64,000 nt of DNA from an uncultured Thermoplasmatales archaeon (lineage in GTDB: Archaea; Thermoplasmatota; E2; UBA202; DSCA01), in contig CAZESS010000009.1 in NCBI GenBank assembly GCA_964514975.1, forward strand, positions 944-64,943, written 5' to 3'. The position numbers and the translations under genes were made by a program. Under the pieces are notes generated by a model. That model was not told where the DNA came from, did no database searches, and saw only the letters and a program-made list of their open reading frames with translations. Positions 47,082-58,092 of this stretch are shown in pieces; the stretch's first letter is position 1, and each line of letters begins with the position of its first letter.

Positions 47082-49850
47082 ATGGCATCCACGGACTACT
47101 ACCAGATGAGCCCGGAGGCAACGCTCGACGAGCTCGACACCTCACGGCAGGGTCTCTCAAAACAGGAGGCACAGCATCGCCTGCAAAAACACGGGAAAAA
47201 CGAGCTGCAGGCCAAGATACAGACGCCGCTGTGGCTGCTCTTTCTCTCCCAGTTCAAGGAGCTCCTGGTCATCATCCTCATCATCGGCGCCGTTATTGCC
47301 TTCCTGACGGGCAACATTCGGGATGGGACTGTCATCTTCGTTATCGTCATCGTCAACGCCGTCATCGGTTTCATACAGGAATACCGGGCCGGCAAAATCG
47401 TCGATAAGCTCAAGGGACTCATATCCTCGCCCGCCAAGGTCATCCGGGACGGCGAACTGAGCGAGACCGGCCAGGGTCAGCTCGTGCCCGGCGACATCGT
47501 CACGGTCGACGAGGGCGACAAGATACCGGCCGACCTCCGCGTCATCGAGGCATCGAACTTCAAAACCAATGACTTCGCCCTCACCGGCGAATCCGTTGCC
47601 CAGGAAAAAATATGCGAGGCCATCGAGGAGGAGGCGGGTATCGCCGACCGGACCAACATGGCATACGCGGGTACCACCGTCGCATCGGGAAACGCCACTG
47701 CCGTCGTCGTCGCCACGGGCATGGACACCGAGACCGGGAAAATCGCGCAGATGACCCAGGAAACCGGCGAAATACGGACGCCACTGCAGCAGGAGATGCG
47801 CCATCTCGCCCGGCAGCTCACCATGGCCGTCGTCGTTATCGGCATCGCGCTGTTCGGGGTTGGCCTGGTACAGGGCCTGGGGCTCAACGTCAGCCTCATC
47901 TATGCGCTCGGCATCGCCATGGCGCTCGTCCCGCAGGCGCTCCCGGCCCAGTTGACCGTTGCCCTGTCCACGGGTAGCAACCGGCTGGCCAATCGCAACG
48001 CGGTGGTCAAAAACCTGCCGTCCGTCGAGACGCTTGGCTCCACCACCGTCATATGCACCGACAAAACCGGGACGCTCACCAAGAACGAGATGACGGTCCG
48101 CTCGGTCTGGTTCGACGGCACCACCTACGACATCACCGGCACGGGCTACGAGCCGGAGGGCAACATCCTGGACGAGGACGGCCAGCCATTATCGGAGGAG
48201 CAGATAGACGAGATAGAGGTGATGATGGACGCCGCCACCATGGCCTCCAACGCCGAGATACACGAGCCCGACGAGGAACACGACGGCTGGTATCCCATCG
48301 GCGACCCCACCGAGGCTGCCCTCATCACCATGTCCACCAAGCTGGGCACGCGCTCCCCGACGGAGGACGAGGAAAACCCCGAGATCCAGGAGTTTTCGTT
48401 CACATCTGAGCGGAAGCGCATGAGCTCCGTTCGCCGCTTCGGCGACGAGGTGGCGCTGACCGTCAAGGGTTCAACCGACAGCGTGCTCTCCATCAGCTCC
48501 CGTGTCTACCGGGATGGCGAAGCGGTATCCATCACCGACGACGACAGGCAGCGCATACAAGAGATGAACGAGCGGTATTCGGAGCAGGGTCTCCGCGTGC
48601 TGGCCATTGCCCGCCGCGATCTGGAGGCGAAGGACTGCTATGAGGCCGGCGAGGTCGAACAGGACGTCACCTTTTTGGGCCTGACCGCGATGATAGACCC
48701 GCCGAAGGAGGGGGTTACCCAGTCCATCAAGGAAGCGAAACAGGCGGGTCTCCGCGTCGTCATGATAACCGGCGACCATGCCATCACCGCCTGGGCAATC
48801 GGCCGGGAAATCGGACTGTCGGTGGAGGAGGACGAGGACATCATCACCGGCCAGGAGCTCAAAGAGATGAGCGATGACACACTGCATCAGCTCCTCCGAC
48901 GCAAACAGAGCCTCATCTTCTCCCGGGTCGACCCGGAGGACAAGCTCCACATCGTCAAAACCCTGGAAAAGCAGGGTGAAATCGTCGCCGTGACCGGGGA
49001 CGGCGTGAACGACGCACCGGCGCTCCGGCGCGCACACATCGGCGTGTCCATGGGGCAGCGGGGAACCGACGTGGCCAAGGAGGCCTCCCGCCTCGTGTTG
49101 CTCGACGACAGCTTTCCGACGCTCGTCCACGCCATCGAGGAGGGCCGGACCATTTATAACAACCTCAAAAAAACGGTGCATGCGTCGCTGACCACCAACA
49201 TCGCCGAACTTGCGCTCGTCCTGCTCGGGCTGCTCGGCGTCGCGCTGTGGAACTATCCCATCCCCATTCTGGCGGTGCAGATTCTGGCCATCGACCTGCT
49301 CGGCGAGATCATGCCGCTTACCTTTCTCACCTTTGACCCGCCCGGACAGGGTGTGATGATCGAGCCGCCGCGCGACCCCGGGGAGCACATGATAACCAGG
49401 CGGTCAGCCACCGAGTTTACCGTGCTCGGAATGCTCATCGGTCTGCTGGCGTTCGCGAACTTCCTGCTGTTCATGGAACACGAGGGCATCACGCTGGCCG
49501 TCGACGACACCAACATCCTGCCGTATTTGCAGGTGACGGCGCTTGCCTACGCCACCATCGTGTTCTGCCAGTATGTCAACATCCTCGAATGGCGACAGGA
49601 ATATCGCTCGCTGTTCACCCGCCGCCTTTTCACGAACAAAATTTTGCATGCCTCCATCGCCATCTCCATCGGGCTGGTCCTGATGGCCATCTACGCGCCC
49701 GGTCTGAGCGACTTCCTGCGCTTCACCGGCCTCGCCGCTGCAGACTGGGCGCTCGTCGGCCTGGCTGCAATGGTATACCTGGCCGCCTTTGAGATGCTCA
49801 AGGTGCTGCGCCGCCGCTTGGACGGTCAACGCTCCTCTGATAACCCGTAG
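47082..49850 (+). CDS. P-type cation-transporting ATPase (P2 type, Ca2+/Mg2+/Na+-like)
   Basis: It has the DKTGTLT phosphorylation site, TGDGVNDAPAL and 10 TM segments. Confidence 0.85.
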   Translation: MASTDYYQMSPEATLDELDTSRQGLSKQEAQHRLQKHGKNELQAKIQTPLWLLFLSQFKELLVIILIIGAVIAFLTGNIRDGTVIFVIVIVNAVIGFIQEYRAGKIVDKLKGLISSPAKVIRDGELSETGQGQLVPGDIVTVDEGDKIPADLRVIEASNFKTNDFALTGESVAQEKICEAIEEEAGIADRTNMAYAGTTVASGNATAVVVATGMDTETGKIAQMTQETGEIRTPLQQEMRHLARQLTMAVVVIGIALFGVGLVQGLGLNVSLIYALGIAMALVPQALPAQLTVALSTGSNRLANRNAVVKNLPSVETLGSTTVICTDKTGTLTKNEMTVRSVWFDGTTYDITGTGYEPEGNILDEDGQPLSEEQIDEIEVMMDAATMASNAEIHEPDEEHDGWYPIGDPTEAALITMSTKLGTRSPTEDEENPEIQEFSFTSERKRMSSVRRFGDEVALTVKGSTDSVLSISSRVYRDGEAVSITDDDRQRIQEMNERYSEQGLRVLAIARRDLEAKDCYEAGEVEQDVTFLGLTAMIDPPKEGVTQSIKEAKQAGLRVVMITGDHAITAWAIGREIGLSVEEDEDIITGQELKEMSDDTLHQLLRRKQSLIFSRVDPEDKLHIVKTLEKQGEIVAVTGDGVNDAPALRRAHIGVSMGQRGTDVAKEASRLVLLDDSFPTLVHAIEEGRTIYNNLKKTVHASLTTNIAELALVLLGLLGVALWNYPIPILAVQILAIDLLGEIMPLTFLTFDPPGQGVMIEPPRDPGEHMITRRSATEFTVLGMLIGLLAFANFLLFMEHEGITLAVDDTNILPYLQVTALAYATIVFCQYVNILEWRQEYRSLFTRRLFTNKILHASIAISIGLVLMAIYAPGLSDFLRFTGLAAADWALVGLAAMVYLAAFEMLKVLRRRLDGQRSSDNP

Positions 49851-50644
49851 CCCTGGCGGGTGAGCTCGACGAGGCGGGATATAAACCGGACGAGGGGGCC
49901 GCCGTCGATGATGTCATGGTCGATGGAAATCGTTGCATGGAGCATCTCCCGTATCTCGATGGAATCATCGACGACGCCGGGCTTTTTCTCGATGCCGCCG
50001 AGCACCACGAGCATGGCCTGTGTCCCCCCAAGGGGCACGATGCCGCCGGGGAAATCCCCTATCATGCCGATGGCGCTCACCCCCACCGTTCCCATGTGCT
50101 TTTTTTTCATGACGCCCCGCCTGCGGAGCAGCCACATGAAAAACCGTTTGACGAACGCCGGCGACCTCACCGCGATGCGCTCGAACAGGGTGAGATTGCG
50201 GCCGAGCACCTGCGTCCCCTCGTCGATGTCCTCCCGCTGCGCGGCGCGGATTTCCCGGGTGATATCCCAGACGCTTTTTTCGTTTGCCCGCCGGACAATA
50301 TAGACCAGGGTCCTGTATTTTCCATTAACGGTTCGCTCGACCGGGATGGCCACGTCCACGTCCTCGAACGTCACGATTTTCCGGGGGCCCAGGCGGTAGG
50401 CGTTGAGATCCCGGTGCTCGCTGAGCGCCTGCGCCACACATTTGATAATCCATCCGGTGAACGACGGCTTGTTGCCCGTGCGCGCCGCCATATCCCGCAT
50501 GGTTTCCCGTGCCATGGTGACATCGAGCTCGAGGGGGGCATGGATGCTGTGCTTCTTCGCCGCCTCGCCGAGGATAATCGACACGTTCCGCCGGTTTTTG
50601 GAAAACGGTTTGGCTTCGTATCTGCCGACGCGGTCCGCTGACAT
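49826..50644 (-). CDS. Stand-alone 2-oxoacid dehydrogenase E2-type acyltransferase catalytic-domain protein (CAT-like fold)
   Basis: It has the catalytic motif DHDIIDGGP (DHRxxDG type). No lipoyl or E3-binding domain is present. Confidence 0.55.
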   Translation of the reverse strand: MSADRVGRYEAKPFSKNRRNVSIILGEAAKKHSIHAPLELDVTMARETMRDMAARTGNKPSFTGWIIKCVAQALSEHRDLNAYRLGPRKIVTFEDVDVAIPVERTVNGKYRTLVYIVRRANEKSVWDITREIRAAQREDIDEGTQVLGRNLTLFERIAVRSPAFVKRFFMWLLRRRGVMKKKHMGTVGVSAIGMIGDFPGGIVPLGGTQAMLVVLGGIEKKPGVVDDSIEIREMLHATISIDHDIIDGGPLVRFISRLVELTRQGYGLSEER

Positions 50645-50748
50645 GGCAACATACGCAAGTCAGCTAATTTATTTAAAACCTTTTATCTGGAGGTGCGAGG
50701 CCATGCGAGGGATTTCAAAAAACATATAACCACGCTCCGAGTTAACAC

Positions 50749-52235
50749 GTGAAAAGCATGGGCAGGCACTGGCTGGCGGTACCGGTGGTCATAACCCTCC
50801 TGATGGCCGGTTGCGTCAACGGCGGACATACACCGGCCGAGCATCCATCGGACGACATGGTACAGGACCGCTCTTTTCTGATGGGCATCGTTCCCACGCC
50901 CCAAAACTATCCCAATGCATCGATGGAAGACATCGAGAAGGGGTACATCATGGCGGCCTCATGCTGCGAGCTCGTCAACCTCTGGCTGACCGTTCCCTGG
51001 TGGGAAACCGAGGCAAAGCTGGCGTCACCGGGCACCCAGGCGCTGCTCACCCGGTGGATACATGACAACGGCCTGACCCCTATATTCCACCTGAACTTCT
51101 GGAGCCTCCAGCAGGTCCCCGGCCACGGGCTGGTACCCCGGCTGGACATACCACCCGGATTGCCCGACAACACCACGATGGGAGACCAGGCATTCCGGGA
51201 GCGCTGGATACGGCAGGCCGTCAACATCACGGCCACCTATCAGCCGCGCTACCTCAGCCTCGGCAACGAAATCGATTCCTACTACAGCCATGGCCCAACC
51301 GGCCGGACTTCGACAACTACACCTCGCTGGTCGCCGAGACATACACGGCCATCAGGGAGGTATCGCCCGCAACGCGGGTCATGGTCGTGTTCCGCCTGGT
51401 CGACCTCTACGACAAAAACACCTTCTTTCTCATAGACAAGCTGGACAAAAACCGGATAGACCTCATCGGATTCACCACCTATCCATACCTCAACGCCTCC
51501 TATGCCACGCCCGGCGACCTGCCCGGCAGCTATTACACAGACCTGCTCGCCTACACCGGCGACGTCCCCGTGGCGTTCACCGAAATCGGATGGAGCAGCT
51601 CCGCGCTCACCGGTGGCACCATGCAGGAACAGGCGGCATACCTCGACTGGTTTATCAACCATACAGCCGGGATGCCCATCCACATGGTCTGCTGGCTCAA
51701 CCTCCACGACATGGCACCCGCCGGCGAGGAGATCAGGCCCAACCAGTTGGTCGGCCTCCGCCGCAATGACGGCATGGCAAAACCCGTCTGGGAGCGCTGG
51801 ACCGCCATTCACGACATCCCCTACGACAACGATCCGCCCGCTCGGCCGCAACGCCCCCACGGGGAAACGGACGGCACCGCCGGCACCGCCTACCCATACA
51901 CCGCCGACGCCACCGACCCCGACGGAGACCTGCTTCTCTACCGCTTTGACTGGGATGACGGCACCATGAGCAGCTGGCTGGGGCCATATCCTTCTGGTGG
52001 GCGGGCCAGCGCAACCCATACATGGAACAGAACGGGCACCTACGGCATACGGGTCAAAGTCAAAGACATCTACGGAGAAGAAAGCGACTGGTCCGACCCG
52101 CTCGCAGTGTCCATGCCCCTGTCCGTCCATACCGGCATGTTCAGCCACACAGCCGGTATACCCGGCGGCATATTCACCATGCTACTGCGCGTTCTTTACC
52201 GCTGGATACCGGGCAGTGTCATCCCGTCGACCTAG
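50749..52235 (+). pseudogene. Lipoprotein glycoside hydrolase (clan GH-A TIM barrel) + PKD domain, interrupted by a -1/+2 frameshift near 51289
   Basis: It has lipobox LLMAGC, an acid/base LSLGNEID and a nucleophile VAFTEIGW. The reading frame switches between ...IDSYYS(H) in frame 1 and WPNRPDFDNYTSLV... in frame 0. A PKD block follows (YTADATDPDGDLLLYRFDWDDG). Confidence 0.55.
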
Positions 52236-52244
52236 CCGATGTAA

Positions 52245-53018
52245 TTAGCCGATGTAATGGAGGTCGCCGGCTTCTTCGTCCGCGCCGCCGCTCTGCTCGA
52301 GCTGCTTGATGCGCTGCGCTATCTTGCTGATCTCCTCGGCTTTCTCCTCGAGCTTGGCATAGCCGATGTCGACGTCCAAAATGCTGGCCAGGATTTCCAG
52401 GACCGCGCGGGCGCTGCCCGGGTCCACCATGTACCCCGACGTTTCGCCCATCAGGCAGACACCCTCCATGTCCATCATCGTGCCGATGCCCAGCAGCAGG
52501 CCGGATGCGCCGACGATGCCGCCGCCGCCCTTGTCCTTGAACACGATGCCGTATTCCTCGAGCTCCTCGATGAGCTCCGGATGCGTTGCGGCGCCCGTGA
52601 CCGTTGGCTCGTCGACCTCGACGCCGACGCCGTAGCCGCCAAGGGTGTAGATGCGCCGGGTGCCATATTCCTGGACGAGCTGGAGAATGGACTGCACGAG
52701 GACATACTGTCCCCGGGTGGACAGGCCCTGGTAGTCGCCCGTGAGAATAACCAGGTCGACCGGGCCCTTCCAGTAGTAGAGCTCGTTGCGAGCCAGCTTG
52801 ATGGTGCCGTCGTCCCTGACGAACACCTGCGGTGGAAAATCCGTCGAGTAGATATCCGCGAACTTGGTGGCCCCGATTTCGTCGATGAGGTGCTCGGCTG
52901 CCAGCTTGCCCACGTTGCCCACGCCCGGCAACCCCTCGATCAAAACCGGTTCTGTCAGCTCGGGTTTCTCGGAAAAAACAATCGTCGCCTCGTCTATACG
53001 CAAAGTCTTATCTTCCAT
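52245..53018 (-). CDS. PAC2-family proteasome assembly chaperone
   Basis: The N-terminus is PVLIEGLPGVGNVGKLAAEHLIDE, typical of archaeal PAC2/DUF75. Confidence 0.65.
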   Translation of the reverse strand: MEDKTLRIDEATIVFSEKPELTEPVLIEGLPGVGNVGKLAAEHLIDEIGATKFADIYSTDFPPQVFVRDDGTIKLARNELYYWKGPVDLVILTGDYQGLSTRGQYVLVQSILQLVQEYGTRRIYTLGGYGVGVEVDEPTVTGAATHPELIEELEEYGIVFKDKGGGGIVGASGLLLGIGTMMDMEGVCLMGETSGYMVDPGSARAVLEILASILDVDIGYAKLEEKAEEISKIAQRIKQLEQSGGADEEAGDLHYIG

Positions 53019-53024
53019 TTTACA

Positions 53025-53177
53025 TCACGCTCCTGACTCCTTCTTCAACTTCCGGCGATACTCGCCATATGGGTCCTGCGGAGAAAACCGAGCGGGCTCC
53101 GGGGTATGGGTTTGCTGTCCGCACGAGGGGCAGCGCTCCTCCAGGGTGTATTTCTGGCAGCTGCTGCAATAGCGCAT
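53025..53177 (-). CDS. nop10: H/ACA ribonucleoprotein component Nop10
   Basis: The sequence is MRYCSSCQKYTLEERCPSCGQQTHTPEPARFSPQDPYGEYRRKLKK (zinc ribbon + FSPxDxYG). Confidence 0.8.
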   Translation of the reverse strand: MRYCSSCQKYTLEERCPSCGQQTHTPEPARFSPQDPYGEYRRKLKKESGA

Positions 53178-53188
53178 GATATCCTGTC

Positions 53189-53971
53189 TCACTCGATCTC
53201 TCGCTTGAAACATCCGGTTCCATCGTGCTCCTCGATGTACGAAACGCCCTGCTCAGCCATGTCGCGCAGCTCGCTTTCCGCCAGCTTGTAATCGGGGGCG
53301 GTCACGTCCACCCGGTACAGCGGCGCCGACACATATTTGACCTGCACGCTCACGTCGTTGTCGTCTTTCTCGATAGCTTTCAGCGCGTTTTTGATGTGCT
53401 CGATACCGTTCGATGCAGGTAAAAACAGTTCCACGTAGCCGGTAATCGTGACATAGGGAATGACGATGTTTTCCTGTGCCACCTCGACGAAACAGTCAGC
53501 CCAATCGCCCGTGAAGCCGTCGTTTTTCAGCGTATTCTCGTCATAGGCGACCTCCTCGAACGCCTCATACAATGACCCGTATTTTTCCACGAGGTCGTAG
53601 CCGAATTCCTCCAGGCAGGTCTCGAAATCCTCGTCGAGCCGGTCGGCGACGATGCGGAGCAGGTTCTCGGCCTTCGACTCGTTCTTCCACTGCTGTATCT
53701 TGTTCCGGCGCTGATGCTCGTTCACCCGTTTCAACGACAGGTCAACGGAGTCCTTGCTGCGCTCGACGTCCATCACCTTGCAGACGACGCGCTGTCCGGC
53801 CTTGACATGGTTCCGGATGTTTTTAATCCATCCCGGGGCGACCTCCTTGATGTGGATGAACCCCTGCAGGTCCGGATACTCCTCAAGCGTGACGAAGGCA
53901 CCGAACCCCTTGGCCTTGTCGACGGTGCATACCACGAGTTCTCCCTTCTCCGGGAAGTTTTTCGCCGGCAT
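53189..53971 (-). CDS. eif2a: Translation initiation factor aIF2 alpha subunit
   Basis: It has an S1 domain (GELVVCTVDKAKGFGAFVTLEEYPDLQGFIHIKEV) and an alpha-helical/alpha-beta C-terminus. It sits in the conserved position between nop10 and rps27e. Confidence 0.8.
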   Translation of the reverse strand: MPAKNFPEKGELVVCTVDKAKGFGAFVTLEEYPDLQGFIHIKEVAPGWIKNIRNHVKAGQRVVCKVMDVERSKDSVDLSLKRVNEHQRRNKIQQWKNESKAENLLRIVADRLDEDFETCLEEFGYDLVEKYGSLYEAFEEVAYDENTLKNDGFTGDWADCFVEVAQENIVIPYVTITGYVELFLPASNGIEHIKNALKAIEKDDNDVSVQVKYVSAPLYRVDVTAPDYKLAESELRDMAEQGVSYIEEHDGTGCFKREIE

Positions 53972-53974
53972 GGA

Positions 53975-54160
53975 TTACGCTAACTCCTCGACAATCTCTC
54001 CTTTTAGCTGGGCAGCGCCACCGGTTGGTTCCGCCAGCACGCCGCCGCATACCTGGCACAGCACCTCTGTGCTGGCCTTCATGAAAATAACCTGCTCGTT
54101 GTTGCAGTCGCTGCACTTTACCTTCACAAATCGTCCCACTGTATCACCGTTTAATCTCAA
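53975..54160 (-). CDS. rps27e: Ribosomal protein S27e
   Basis: The motif is [16 protein letters not shown]...CQVCGGVL, a C4 zinc finger. Confidence 0.85.
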   Translation of the reverse strand: MRLNGDTVGRFVKVKCSDCNNEQVIFMKASTEVLCQVCGGVLAEPTGGAAQLKGEIVEELA

Positions 54161-54419
54161 ATCGCTTGGCCCGGACCCCCTTCTTCTGGTGGGCCTTTCC
54201 GCATTCCTTGCAAGTGTAGCGCAGATAGACGCGCTTCGTCGGCTTGTCGCCCTGCGGCTTCGGTCGCGGATACCCCCGATAGCCTGATGTCACGCGGCGG
54301 AAACGGCGCTGACCCTGCTTGAACTCGGAGGCCTGTCGCTTTTTCACCCGCTTGAGATCGTGCTCCGTATGTTGCCCGCAGTAGGGACAGTATGTCTTTA
54401 TGATGGAGGGTCGTTTCAT
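54144..54419 (-). CDS. rpl44e: Ribosomal protein L44e
   Basis: The sequence is [22 protein letters not shown]...[11 protein letters not shown]. The start was chosen at an internal ATG of the longer ORF. Confidence 0.8.
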   Translation of the reverse strand: MKRPSIIKTYCPYCGQHTEHDLKRVKKRQASEFKQGQRRFRRVTSGYRGYPRPKPQGDKPTKRVYLRYTCKECGKAHQKKGVRAKRFEIKR

Positions 54420-54586
54420 CAGGTGTTGTAATGCCGCCACATATATAAAAATGGTGGTCTCGCCGGCATGGACTATGGGCATCACACCATGGTCATCGGG
54501 ACGCCCGCGACGGGACCGGACCAGCCATATCTGGAGCGCCGTCAACAACATTATAAAACCCCGCCTCCATTCACGCCAGTGAAACC

Positions 54587-55246
54587 ATGAAAAAAATAGC
54601 TGTCGTCCTGGCCGGCTGCGGCGTGCAGGACGGCTCCGAGATACATGAGGCGACCATCACCCTGCTCGCCATCCAGCGCGCCGGCCACACCTATGACTGC
54701 TATGCGCCGGACAAGCTCCAGCACGAGGTCGTCGACCATACGAGCGACACGACGATGCATGAGGACCGCAACGTGCTCACCGAGGCGGCGCGCATCGCCC
54801 GTGGCGACATCCATCCGCTCGACGACTACCGGCCGGAGGACTACGACGCCCTGGTGTTCCCCGGCGGCAACGGCGTTGCCAAAAACCTGTTCACCCTTGC
54901 CATCGACGGCGTCGACTGCACCATCGACCCGCTCGTTCGGCAGGCCATTTTGGACACCTACGCCGAGGAGAAACCCATCGGCGCCATCTGCATCTCCCCC
55001 CTGCTCATCGTCAAAGCCTTCGAGGACATGGACACCACCCCGACGGTCACCCTTGGAGACGTGGACGACATGGCAGCAGCCGTCGAAGCGCTCGGCGGCC
55101 GTCATGTACCACGGGCGGTCGACGACATCTGTGTCGACGAGGCAAACAAAATCGTGACCACGCCCGCCTACGTCATGGCGAAAGACATCGGCGAGGCCGC
55201 TGACGGCATCGAACAGCTGGTCGCCCGGGTCATCGAGATGGCGTAG
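54587..55246 (+). CDS. elbB: ElbB/ES1-like DJ-1/PfpI-superfamily protein
   Basis: The N-terminus [34 protein letters not shown]...[12 protein letters not shown] aligns closely with E. coli ElbB. Confidence 0.75.
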   Translation: MKKIAVVLAGCGVQDGSEIHEATITLLAIQRAGHTYDCYAPDKLQHEVVDHTSDTTMHEDRNVLTEAARIARGDIHPLDDYRPEDYDALVFPGGNGVAKNLFTLAIDGVDCTIDPLVRQAILDTYAEEKPIGAICISPLLIVKAFEDMDTTPTVTLGDVDDMAAAVEALGGRHVPRAVDDICVDEANKIVTTPAYVMAKDIGEAADGIEQLVARVIEMA

Positions 55247-55248
55247 GG

Positions 55249-55929
55249 CTACCACACCGAGTTGACGTCGATGTCGAAGTCGCCGCCGCTTTCGTCCTGG
55301 CGTTTCTGGAGATGGCGCAGCAGCAGCTCGATTTTTTCCTCCACCGCCCGGTTTTTCTTGTACATCACCACCTCGCCGCGCAGCCGCTCAAGGATTTTCT
55401 TGGCGACGTCCTGCTTCCGTTTCACCGGCACCAGGCCGGAGGGATAGTCAAACTCCATGAGATGGTCGCAGATGGCCTCCATCTGCTGCAGCAGATGTTC
55501 CACCTCGCCGACGTCGCCGTCCCGGAGCAGGTTGACCGCCCGCCGCCGCAGCTCGCCGACCACGTCTCCCAGGCCGAGGAGATACGACGTATAGGTGACA
55601 TCCAGGTCTTCAGGCGACGGCAGATCTTCCCCGCGATATATCGCCATGAAGAGATGTGCCTCGGCCAGCTCCTGCGACGCATTCTCCATGTACCCGGCCG
55701 TCCGGATATCCGGATGCTCAGCGATGTCCTCCTTCAGGGACGCATTGGCTTCATGGGCCTCCGCTGCCATCTCAGCCGCCTCATCGACGGCGTCGTTGTG
55801 CAGCAGGCTGATACATTTCCGGCTGTACCGGATGATGTCCCGGCACTGCTTCAGCGTCGCTTCGCGCAGCGCGTCTTTTTCGTTCAGCCGCCCCTCGATC
55901 CTGCCGGCGATGTCTCCCAGGTTGTCCAT
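55249..55929 (-). CDS. Translin family protein
   Basis: It has the translin signature SYLLGLGDVVGELRR (D-Y-L-L-G-x-x-D-x-x-G-E-L) in an all-helical ~225-aa protein. Confidence 0.5.
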   Translation of the reverse strand: MDNLGDIAGRIEGRLNEKDALREATLKQCRDIIRYSRKCISLLHNDAVDEAAEMAAEAHEANASLKEDIAEHPDIRTAGYMENASQELAEAHLFMAIYRGEDLPSPEDLDVTYTSYLLGLGDVVGELRRRAVNLLRDGDVGEVEHLLQQMEAICDHLMEFDYPSGLVPVKRKQDVAKKILERLRGEVVMYKKNRAVEEKIELLLRHLQKRQDESGGDFDIDVNSVW

Positions 55930-56003
55930 GCCTACTAATGGCGGGAGGGCATTAAAAGGTTGCCTGTCCCAATGTTTTTTATTCTCTCCCCCGTTATGTT
56001 CTC

Positions 56004-56507
56004 ATGTACCATCTTTTGTATCCTCTCCGGTCGTTCCTGGTCGTCAGCGGCACCGAGACGCCGGATGTGATGACTGCAGACTGGGTCACCGTTATCTCCC
56101 GGAAGCCATTGCTCGTTGGCGTGTCCATTGCCCCCGGCCGGACGACCCACGAGCTCGTCAAAAAAGAAAAAGCATTTGTCATCAGCGTGCCCTCCACCGA
56201 CATGCTCCCTGACGTCTGGACCGCCGGGACGAAAAGCGGCCCCGCCAAGACAGGGCAGATGAACGTGACGTTCGCCCCGTCGCAGCAGATAGCGGTGCCG
56301 GGCATCCAGGAGGCGCTCGCCAACATCGAATGCCGGGTTGTCGACAGCCCCACCTACGGCGACCACACCCTGTTTGTCGCGGAGGTCGTCGCCCATACGG
56401 CCGGCGACGCCTACGATGGCACGACGCCATCGACCCCGGAGCGCTTCCTCGCCCATGTCGGCGGCAATCGCTTCGTTTCCTTCAGCGCGTCGGAGATGCA
56501 GCCGTAG
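56004..56507 (+). CDS. Flavin reductase-like FMN-binding split-barrel protein
   Basis: It has the flavin reductase-like domain pattern (FLVVSGTETPDVMTADWVTVISRKPLLVGVSIAP). Confidence 0.6.
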   Translation: MYHLLYPLRSFLVVSGTETPDVMTADWVTVISRKPLLVGVSIAPGRTTHELVKKEKAFVISVPSTDMLPDVWTAGTKSGPAKTGQMNVTFAPSQQIAVPGIQEALANIECRVVDSPTYGDHTLFVAEVVAHTAGDAYDGTTPSTPERFLAHVGGNRFVSFSASEMQP

Positions 56508-56603
56508 AACTCGCGTTACTGTCGTCGAGGGTCAAATGCCGCCGCTCGCTTAGTGTTTGGAAATTTTAAAAGAAGAGAGAAAAAGAGAGGAAAAAGGGTG
56601 TTT

Positions 56604-57944
56604 TTAGACCCAGCCGCGGGTCCGCGCTGCTTTGGCGACGCGTCCGATGCTGACGATGTAGGCCGCGGTCCGCATGTCGATGTCCTGGTCGTTTTCCAGG
56701 TATTCTTTCTGGATGTTGTAGACGTCCCAGAAGGCCTTGGCCATCTTGTCGTCGAGCTTTTCGTAGGTCTCCTCGTAGCCCCAGTAGTAGCCGTTGATGT
56801 TCTGCACCCATTCAAAGTAGCTGCAGGTGACGCCGCCGGCGTTGGCAAGGAAGTCCGGCAGGACCATGACGCCGTTCTTGTGCAGGATTTTGTCCGCCTC
56901 GGGTGTCGTCGGGCCGTTCGCCAGCTCCAGGATGATTTTGGCCTTGACGTCGCCGGCGTTGTCGCCGGTGAGCACGTTTTCGAGTGCTGCCGGAACCAGG
57001 ATGTCGACGTCCATTGTGAGCAAATCCTCGTTGGATATCTGCTCTGCACCGGGATAGGCGGTTATCTTGCCCTCGCTGGCTTTAATATCCATGGCCTTGT
57101 TGCAGGGGATGCCGTCTTCGACGTAGATGCCGCCGCTTGAATCACTCAATGCCACGATTTTGGCGTTGCGAAACAGCCGCTTGAGCAGCAGATGTGCATA
57201 CTGGCCGGCGTTGCCATACCCCTGGATGGCGATGGTGACGCCTTTATCTGCCGGGGTGGTCTCCTCGAGTTTCTGCAGTTCGCCGTAGGCCATGTGCATC
57301 TTGTCCTCGTTTTCTTTCAGGGTCACGCCGCAGCACTTGGCTGCCTCGCGCAGCACGAACATGCCGCCGCGGGCCGTCGCGTCCATCCGTCCCTTGCTGC
57401 CGCCGACCTCGAGGGGCTTGCCGGTGATGACGCCGGGCGCGTTGTAGCCGACGATGGTGCTGTACTCGTCCATCATCCAGGCCATGATCTGCGGCGTGGT
57501 GTAGACGTCGGGGGCGGGCACGTCCTTCTCGGGGCCGATGAAGCGCCCGAGCGCGCGGATGTAGCCGCGGGCCAGCCGTTCTTTTTCACCCTCGCTCATT
57601 TCTTTGGGGTTGCAGATGACGCCGCCCTTGCCGCCGCCGTAGGGGACGTCGACCACGGCCGTCTTCCAGGTCATCCAGGCCGCCAGCGCTTTGACCGTGT
57701 CGGCCGTCTCGTCGGGGTGCCATCGCAGGCCGCCCTTGGTTGGGCCGAGTGCGTCGTTGTACTGGCAGCGGAAGCCGATGAAGGTCTTGGTGGAGCCGTC
57801 ATCCATCTTGACCGGGATGGTGACGCGCAGGAATCGTTTTGGCTCGCGCAGGTAAGCGTGCATGTCGTCGTCGAGACCCATGGTGTCTGCCGCGGCATCC
57901 AGCTGCTGCTGGGCTATTTTAAATGGATTTAGTTCTTCTTTCAT
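56604..57944 (-). CDS. gdhA: Glutamate dehydrogenase
   Basis: It has the GDH signature KGGLRWHPD...[10 protein letters not shown] and a GxGxxG (QGYGNAG). The start was chosen at MKEELNPF. Confidence 0.85.
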   Translation of the reverse strand: MKEELNPFKIAQQQLDAAADTMGLDDDMHAYLREPKRFLRVTIPVKMDDGSTKTFIGFRCQYNDALGPTKGGLRWHPDETADTVKALAAWMTWKTAVVDVPYGGGKGGVICNPKEMSEGEKERLARGYIRALGRFIGPEKDVPAPDVYTTPQIMAWMMDEYSTIVGYNAPGVITGKPLEVGGSKGRMDATARGGMFVLREAAKCCGVTLKENEDKMHMAYGELQKLEETTPADKGVTIAIQGYGNAGQYAHLLLKRLFRNAKIVALSDSSGGIYVEDGIPCNKAMDIKASEGKITAYPGAEQISNEDLLTMDVDILVPAALENVLTGDNAGDVKAKIILELANGPTTPEADKILHKNGVMVLPDFLANAGGVTCSYFEWVQNINGYYWGYEETYEKLDDKMAKAFWDVYNIQKEYLENDQDIDMRTAAYIVSIGRVAKAARTRGWV

Positions 57945-58092
57945 GGTAATCCTCGCCGGTAATACAGTCATCGCATTTAAACTTAATAGATACGTGGTAG
58001 CAATTATCATGCAAAAGCATATAAAGCAATGCAAATTTCCCTGTGTCAGTATATGACGGATACAGAAGAGCCTCCGGGTCGTCAAAACGGAT

